Part shown: positions 59,601 through 64,000 of the stretch, in pieces
Layout of the letters: every line of letters starts with the position of its first letter
Position numbering within the stretch: position 1 is the stretch's first letter
From: Eukaryota sp. TZLM1-RC
Lineage: Eukaryota > Protista > Metamonada: BaSk clade
Assembly (NCBI GenBank): GCA_040285825.1
Contig: JAUPSS010000009.1
Location: 434,001-498,000, forward strand
DNA length: 64,000 nt
Direction: 5' to 3'
Made by a program: the position numbers and the translations under genes
The notes under the pieces: model-generated
Seen by the model: only the letters and a program-made list of their open reading frames with translations
Database searches by the model: none
Told to the model about the DNA's origin: nothing

Positions 59601-62492
59601 CTTCATCAAGTAGAAAACTCCAAGTAAAAGAAGAAAAACACAAGTAAATGTGACAAAAAGTTTAACATTAGAATAAACTTCATACAGTCCTAGAGTTTCA
59701 AAAATTTCAATTGAGATCAGAGCATCAGACAAAATTTGAGAGTAATTGATTAAATCAGAAATGGCAGGTTCAAAATCATCAGAATTTGAGTGATTATCGC
59801 TCAAATAATCAATTTCCTTTACAACTTTCGCTTGAAATTCAGTCATATTTCCACCAAACATTTCCAGTCCCGCTAACTCTTCTCCGTAGTTAGAACCAAT
59901 TCTTGAACTCAATAACAATGCTGACGCAGCAACGCTAGCCACCATATCTAGCTCACTCTCCAATCGTAAAGAAGGGGGATAAAGGGGAGAAGAAGAAGTT
60001 CTCGTGTTGAGAACAGAGAGTGAAAGAGAAGAGGTCAAGCCAAACCTGGAATTTCCAACAATGAATGACTGATGTTCTATTAAGCTTTGGTAGAGGGAGG
60101 TTAATAAAGAATTGGCTTGAATTATTAATTCTGAACCTGCATTGTTTTGAATTAAACTTTCTAATTCAAGAGTAACAGAGGAAATTCTCGAAGCAGCAGT
60201 AGAGCGACCTAAATGGTGATCATAAACTTCTTGATTGTAACCACCAGTAACCAAGCTATTGATGAATGAATAACCAATAAATAAGAAAAGAAAAGAAAAG
60301 AAAAGCAACACCATTGCCATATTAAAACGCTTTTTTGATGGTAATCCATAACGAACTTTCCTATCTTTATTAGGGATTTCAAAACAGTCAGGAATTGTTA
60401 TCGGAAATCTTCTAAATACAACGTTACCCACACCAGACCAGAGTTGTTTAATTAAATCATTATTATAAGAAAAAGTATTAGCAGAAGCTTCTTTTTTCTT
60501 CGTTTCTAATTGTTCTGGGGTTAGTATAACGCCAGCCAATGCATTCCCAATATCCACGGGAGTTTGCTTCGTATCTGTGTCAAAAGTTACAGCACCTTCT
60601 CTTTCACTATCCGAATGGTCAAAATCTTGGTCACGAACATCATACTCGGCTAGAGCAGCCGCTTCGTCTGCCAGGTTATCCTCATGACAGACTTCAGAGA
60701 GGAAGGATGAGTAGCTTTTCAGAGTGGTTAAAGTTTCTTGTGAAACAGCATCAGTAGTTCCACTAGACCTAGAATCAGCAGCAATGACTTTACCATAGAG
60801 TCGAAGGGCGGAACGTTGCGATGTAATTGCTTCGTATGTGTAAGATGAAATCTTGGTAATAGCAAATGACTTTGGCATCATCCCTAGCCAAAATAAAGCA
60901 AGATTCTTTAAACAATTCAAATGAAACCGATGAGCCCTAGTTGATGAAGAACCACCAGTTGAGTTGAAAGAAGCTAGTGAAGATCCAGCAGAACCATAAG
61001 AATCAAGAGAGCCGAATGAAGCATGCTGAGTGTCATCAGGAGCTTCATCAACCGCAGCAAGAGCATTGAGTCTTCGTGATCTGGTGTGCAAGCAGAACAA
61101 AGCAAACCGTACCCCCAGAGAATGCGTAATATTACCATTCGTGAGAGCGTGAATCTGTAGTAGAACGTATTTAGTATCTGATCGTCTGTAGAGAACAAAA
61201 CGCGAATAATCAAGTATCAACCAAGGGTCCGAACCGAAAAGATCACAACCATGATCAAAAATGGTTTCAGCAGTGTCTAGAGCATGGTTCTTAGCGTCCG
61301 TGATAGAGTCAAAGTATTCCCGCCAATGCCTCCATGGTCTGTACATAAGGAATCTGGTTTGAAGCTCAATTTCAAATGGTGCATCAAACTCAGAGATTTG
61401 ATCAGAGAAACAAGATTCTGAATCATTAATTTTAACAATTTTCTTATCCTTTTTGGCAGTTAACTGTTTGGTTTTCCGTTCCTTCAGCTTGACATCGCTA
61501 CAAGAGTGTTCTAAACATGATAATTCAAAAGGAGTTCTAACTGGAACGTAAAATCTAAACCGTTTGTAGAGCAGATAGCTGATGATAATTGAAAATAAAA
61601 CACCAAATACACAACCGAATAGAGGAAAGTAATTGCCAAATTCCCAATTAGGCACTAAACCGTGAATAAAACCAAAGAAAGTAGAAAAAGAAATGGTGAA
61701 AAAAAGCATAATAAAACCTGCATTGGGTAAAAAATAAAAAAAGGGCATTCTAGACCAAATTTTAAAAGCTCCGTAAAAGGAAAGAGCCAACAAAGCCAAT
61801 CGAGCCTCGTGACGATACCGGCCATAAAACAAAGTAAACATAATGACTGTAACAATTTTGATGAAATAAAGATAAATGAACGGTGACGTGTTGCAGCAGG
61901 CAAACCATTTCTTGCTCATTAAATCATCATTATGAACTAGAAAATGGTATAAGAAAGAGTAGAGAAATAACCCCAGCAAGGCGAGAATAGCAGTGACTAC
62001 GACAGGCGAAAAGGTGAGGGGGTCGTCTGGGAAGTGTAGGCGATGGCCATTAGTGAAAAAGATCTGAGAGAGAAACAACATAGAAAGAGGAATAAAAAGA
62101 GGGCGACAGATCAACCAAGCAGAGAATTGGAGCAATTTAGTAAAGAACGTAGGAGAAGAGAAGGGGGTAAGGGACTGTCCAACAATAAAGGAAAGATAGA
62201 TGATTGTACCACACAAAATGGCACACAGAAAGATCAGAAACGAAGCAAGGGATAGGTTGGAGCTCCAGATATCCTGTAGTAACGAATAACGAAGGTATTT
62301 GAGGAAGTTAAAGGGATAAAGAGAGTCATTCTGTGAATTGAGTAGTACAGCATGGGGAACAATTACAAAGAATAAGAGTTGAGCACATTCAAGAAGGGTG
62401 AATATCGTCTGTCTTTTATTGAGGCGAAGTGGATTGTTCGAAAGTAGCTCACAGACTGAAAAGACAGGCTGTAGTGCCCCTGAAACCGACAT
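56619..62492 (-). CDS. Large multi-pass membrane protein, TmcB (tiny macrocysts)-like
   Basis: 1957 aa; N-terminal TM bundle, helical H..C...FW..M..Y..FL.EV region, repeated TM-ectodomain-TM modules ending ILSVVP. Confidence 0.7.
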   Translation of the reverse strand: MSVSGALQPVFSVCELLSNNPLRLNKRQTIFTLLECAQLLFFVIVPHAVLLNSQNDSLYPFNFLKYLRYSLLQDIWSSNLSLASFLIFLCAILCGTIIYLSFIVGQSLTPFSSPTFFTKLLQFSAWLICRPLFIPLSMLFLSQIFFTNGHRLHFPDDPLTFSPVVVTAILALLGLFLYSFLYHFLVHNDDLMSKKWFACCNTSPFIYLYFIKIVTVIMFTLFYGRYRHEARLALLALSFYGAFKIWSRMPFFYFLPNAGFIMLFFTISFSTFFGFIHGLVPNWEFGNYFPLFGCVFGVLFSIIISYLLYKRFRFYVPVRTPFELSCLEHSCSDVKLKERKTKQLTAKKDKKIVKINDSESCFSDQISEFDAPFEIELQTRFLMYRPWRHWREYFDSITDAKNHALDTAETIFDHGCDLFGSDPWLILDYSRFVLYRRSDTKYVLLQIHALTNGNITHSLGVRFALFCLHTRSRRLNALAAVDEAPDDTQHASFGSLDSYGSAGSSLASFNSTGGSSSTRAHRFHLNCLKNLALFWLGMMPKSFAITKISSYTYEAITSQRSALRLYGKVIAADSRSSGTTDAVSQETLTTLKSYSSFLSEVCHEDNLADEAAALAEYDVRDQDFDHSDSEREGAVTFDTDTKQTPVDIGNALAGVILTPEQLETKKKEASANTFSYNNDLIKQLWSGVGNVVFRRFPITIPDCFEIPNKDRKVRYGLPSKKRFNMAMVLLFFSFLFLFIGYSFINSLVTGGYNQEVYDHHLGRSTAASRISSVTLELESLIQNNAGSELIIQANSLLTSLYQSLIEHQSFIVGNSRFGLTSSLSLSVLNTRTSSSPLYPPSLRLESELDMVASVAASALLLSSRIGSNYGEELAGLEMFGGNMTEFQAKVVKEIDYLSDNHSNSDDFEPAISDLINYSQILSDALISIEIFETLGLYEVYSNVKLFVTFTCVFLLLLGVFYLMKYIITSQKVVNITRNEIFHTLSNELPSVIVELLASRYKQALVSLPGGKSIAMDLAKVPEDGVDTSQDGREFQSTVKFSEFEESLGNESSSYIGPASVDLIDHWAGSGEGGFVIDELANNDPAYTEYLSKCEMSLLKSSGIKKVRKSTKLLLLIVVVLLISTTVLLFSFSNFYSKQHLFSDFSNYGVDPTNRIGLVPETYLPQSSKPLNHILYKEASLSEFNVFANTLRSSILGPQGYLLLLTRNITITPHYLDDFHQFFEQRSLLTRMKRSISFAGSHLVSDPVSNQLPVGLRKSLESWVTAQHTCKVAVLLSQYLIDEEVINTLTSLDFGNFGSIYSKFENFEYNVTTEPHYTRDLIQFPHRPTYSDLQSDSSKNTEDLSNLIEGLVTDDKFLLEFNTIIDSLSDTFDLLLTSYDSTVDDTCQSHITRFVFIQFFLVVLTIGFLFAFFHVFRHFTKLLPLLKIGPACVHVNQSKLIRKQYRHQRFISILGLILSIVFSLGILLTFNQSRVLATCPLKNSNIAEVHSLIQNLNDFSRDVSDLAFYSRLYVNRDLHSGLVDDVIEAHNSAQKSAESLINSPDFSQEVLENPDVFGLFELVTAKIQTIQDSFYYLSTQLIVSSFLRAETFISSHLEKFQKLEIDYDFSKIPHYLNIPENSLLLTSADSDLNLSTDDKQKLMIEVISSESITYLLDKILFEISSICSHLSLQIPLIYDSFSTIFSFNLFQMIMLLSLSGTPFLLFFYLCSRSLYPDNYVKPAFSMWRFAVNVLSLKKVKLTSFILAFLLIIAFALVGVFSFNSSKAFSNYSKSMLALNVMAVEASNSYSASFADDIHSIEAKTLSLNRLINAQESLLVGGVVDGVEIVGLPAELIQRNFQHFSDFQSNFHLFQTNLAHETFFDVSQLALDFFDNLNELTETIHQFHNNSLESMETMRFTIFVIALLVLFVCFLILKKWVVKKILIEQRFNQLILSVVPIQVLRQVPALSLLTYLTLD

Positions 62493-62619
62493 TCAGGCCG
62501 TGGATCACACTCAAAATGAAAGATGAATTTGTGAATTCTCCCAATTATTTCTGAATTAATTTTAGATTTATTCAAAACCTATAAATCAACATCTAAAAAA
62601 TCCGTCTCAGAAATATTTA

Positions 62620-63494
62620 ATGTTTTTGAAAACTTGGATTTTACTGTACGTCTTAGCTTGGGTAAGAAAAAAAATCCCGTTTTTGGGAACTTTCTAATTG
62701 ATCTTATTGAAAATAGCACAAGTTGTCTCATTGCCCAGATTCCAAGTGCTTATAGTTTATTGTAAAATGATCATCAATGGACATCTGCCTTAAGAATGAG
62801 GTGTTGATTTGGCCGTGCAGTGTGACAAAATGATTTGATTTGTCGTTGTGCTATCAATCTGAATCATTTATTGAATTGCAAATTTAATAATAGATATCGC
62901 TCAGTTGTTCACGATGCTGTCATAGATCAACTATTTGCTATGTGCAAAAAATCATCACATTGAAGCTCTTGTTAAGCCATTTGTAAGTAAGTTGTCACCC
63001 AAAAATGAAGATGAAAATACTTTTGGGAAACGCCGTGCTGATTTAATTACTCCTGGATCTCATGATGTGATCAAAGTGGCTGTTGTTGCCAATGTTGATG
63101 TTTTTAAGGATTCAGCAATTGATTTTGCTAAAAAAGACGAAATTCCGCTTTGCTTGGTTGGAAAGACCAAAATGAACAAATTCAATGAACCCTTATCTCA
63201 GCTAGAACGTGTTGAGCATGTAAAGTATCAGCTTGTTCCATTTGCTGTTTCTCTTTTTGGGAACATTGCACTATCTTGCATTAAATTTCTCCAAGGTTTC
63301 CGAAGTTTAATAAAAGAAAGAGCAGCAAAAGAACTGAACTTCAATTTCTAGCACAATATAATTGTTTTCAGTATTCTCAAAGCAATTCCAGAAATTTTGA
63401 CCAAAGCACTGTTACAATTAGGAATAGAGTATGAAAATCGCGCATTGAAGAGATTTGATGATGTTGATGCGTGTATTGAGGATATTGAGTTCTA
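62620..63494 (+). mobile_element. Degenerate non-LTR retrotransposon fragment (42391 family)
   Basis: LLNCK..HDAV.DQL, RRADLI, K..KF.EPL, PFAVSLFG. Confidence 0.8.
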
Positions 63495-63599
63495 GTTTTT
63501 TGTGGAATGTATTGTCACAGTTAGATATAAATACTGTTTTTCAAAACGGACAGTTTTTTGAATGATTTTTAAATAATGGTTCAAGAAAAAAAATGAAAA

Positions 63600-63915
63600 T
63601 ATTTAAGATCGTAAGAGAGATAAATATACTGAGATATTAAATGATTTAAATAAGAACCTTTATTCGAAGTTTTCGTTTGTTCCTTTTGCCTTTTCGATTT
63701 TTGGCAACATTGGACAATCCGCAATGAATTTCATCAATGATTTTGGTAATTTATGTCGTTCAAGTGGTAAGAATTTTGCAGAGAATTTATGGAAAAATCG
63801 TATCATTTTCGCTTTGTACAGAAGTGTTCCCAAGTACTTGAGTTTAATGATGTCTAAACTTTATAAGGATTCATCAAGAGTTGGCGTGGAGAATTTAGTT
63901 TCTTATGTGTTTTAG
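63600..63915 (+). mobile_element. Further non-LTR REL 3' fragment
   Basis: KY..FSFVPFAFSIFGNIG..LWKNRIIFALYR. Confidence 0.7.
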
Positions 63916-64000
63916 TTTGTTTTGTTTTTATTTGATTCTTTATATAAAATATTTAATTACTTATTTTGACGATTTATTATTGTATTTATTGAATTTGGAC

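Overview
Eukaryotic, AT-rich, gene-dense and intron-poor DNA in the standard code. It probably comes from a flagellated protist (IFT27-like GTPase, 28-32 nt introns), but the organism cannot be identified from the sequence alone. Housekeeping genes are interleaved with much mobile-element debris. They include ThrRS, DPH5, NIP7, a UBE2Z-like E2, ceramide synthase, a CTP-dependent lipid kinase, TTC1, an A20/AN1 protein, a GPR180/TMEM145-like protein, a TOG/CLASP-TACC protein and a TmcB-like giant membrane protein. The main structure lies at about 3.2-18.3 kb: a Fanzor1 (eukaryotic TnpB-like RuvC nuclease) gene is split by two different Ty3/gypsy chromodomain LTR retrotransposons. Each has a 4-bp TSD, and removing them rejoins the Fanzor frame at both junctions. 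These retrotransposons have very short LTRs (79 and ~145 bp) and a duplicated central polypurine tract. Where a tRNA primer-binding site should be, they carry a covarying palindromic hairpin (CAATA-NN-TATTG), a candidate tRNA-independent priming or dimerisation structure. The window also holds a second, virus-like Fanzor1 family, a solo LTR, a MULE with a 9-bp TSD, many 5'-truncated REL-type non-LTR fragments and a possible family-B DNA polymerase relic.
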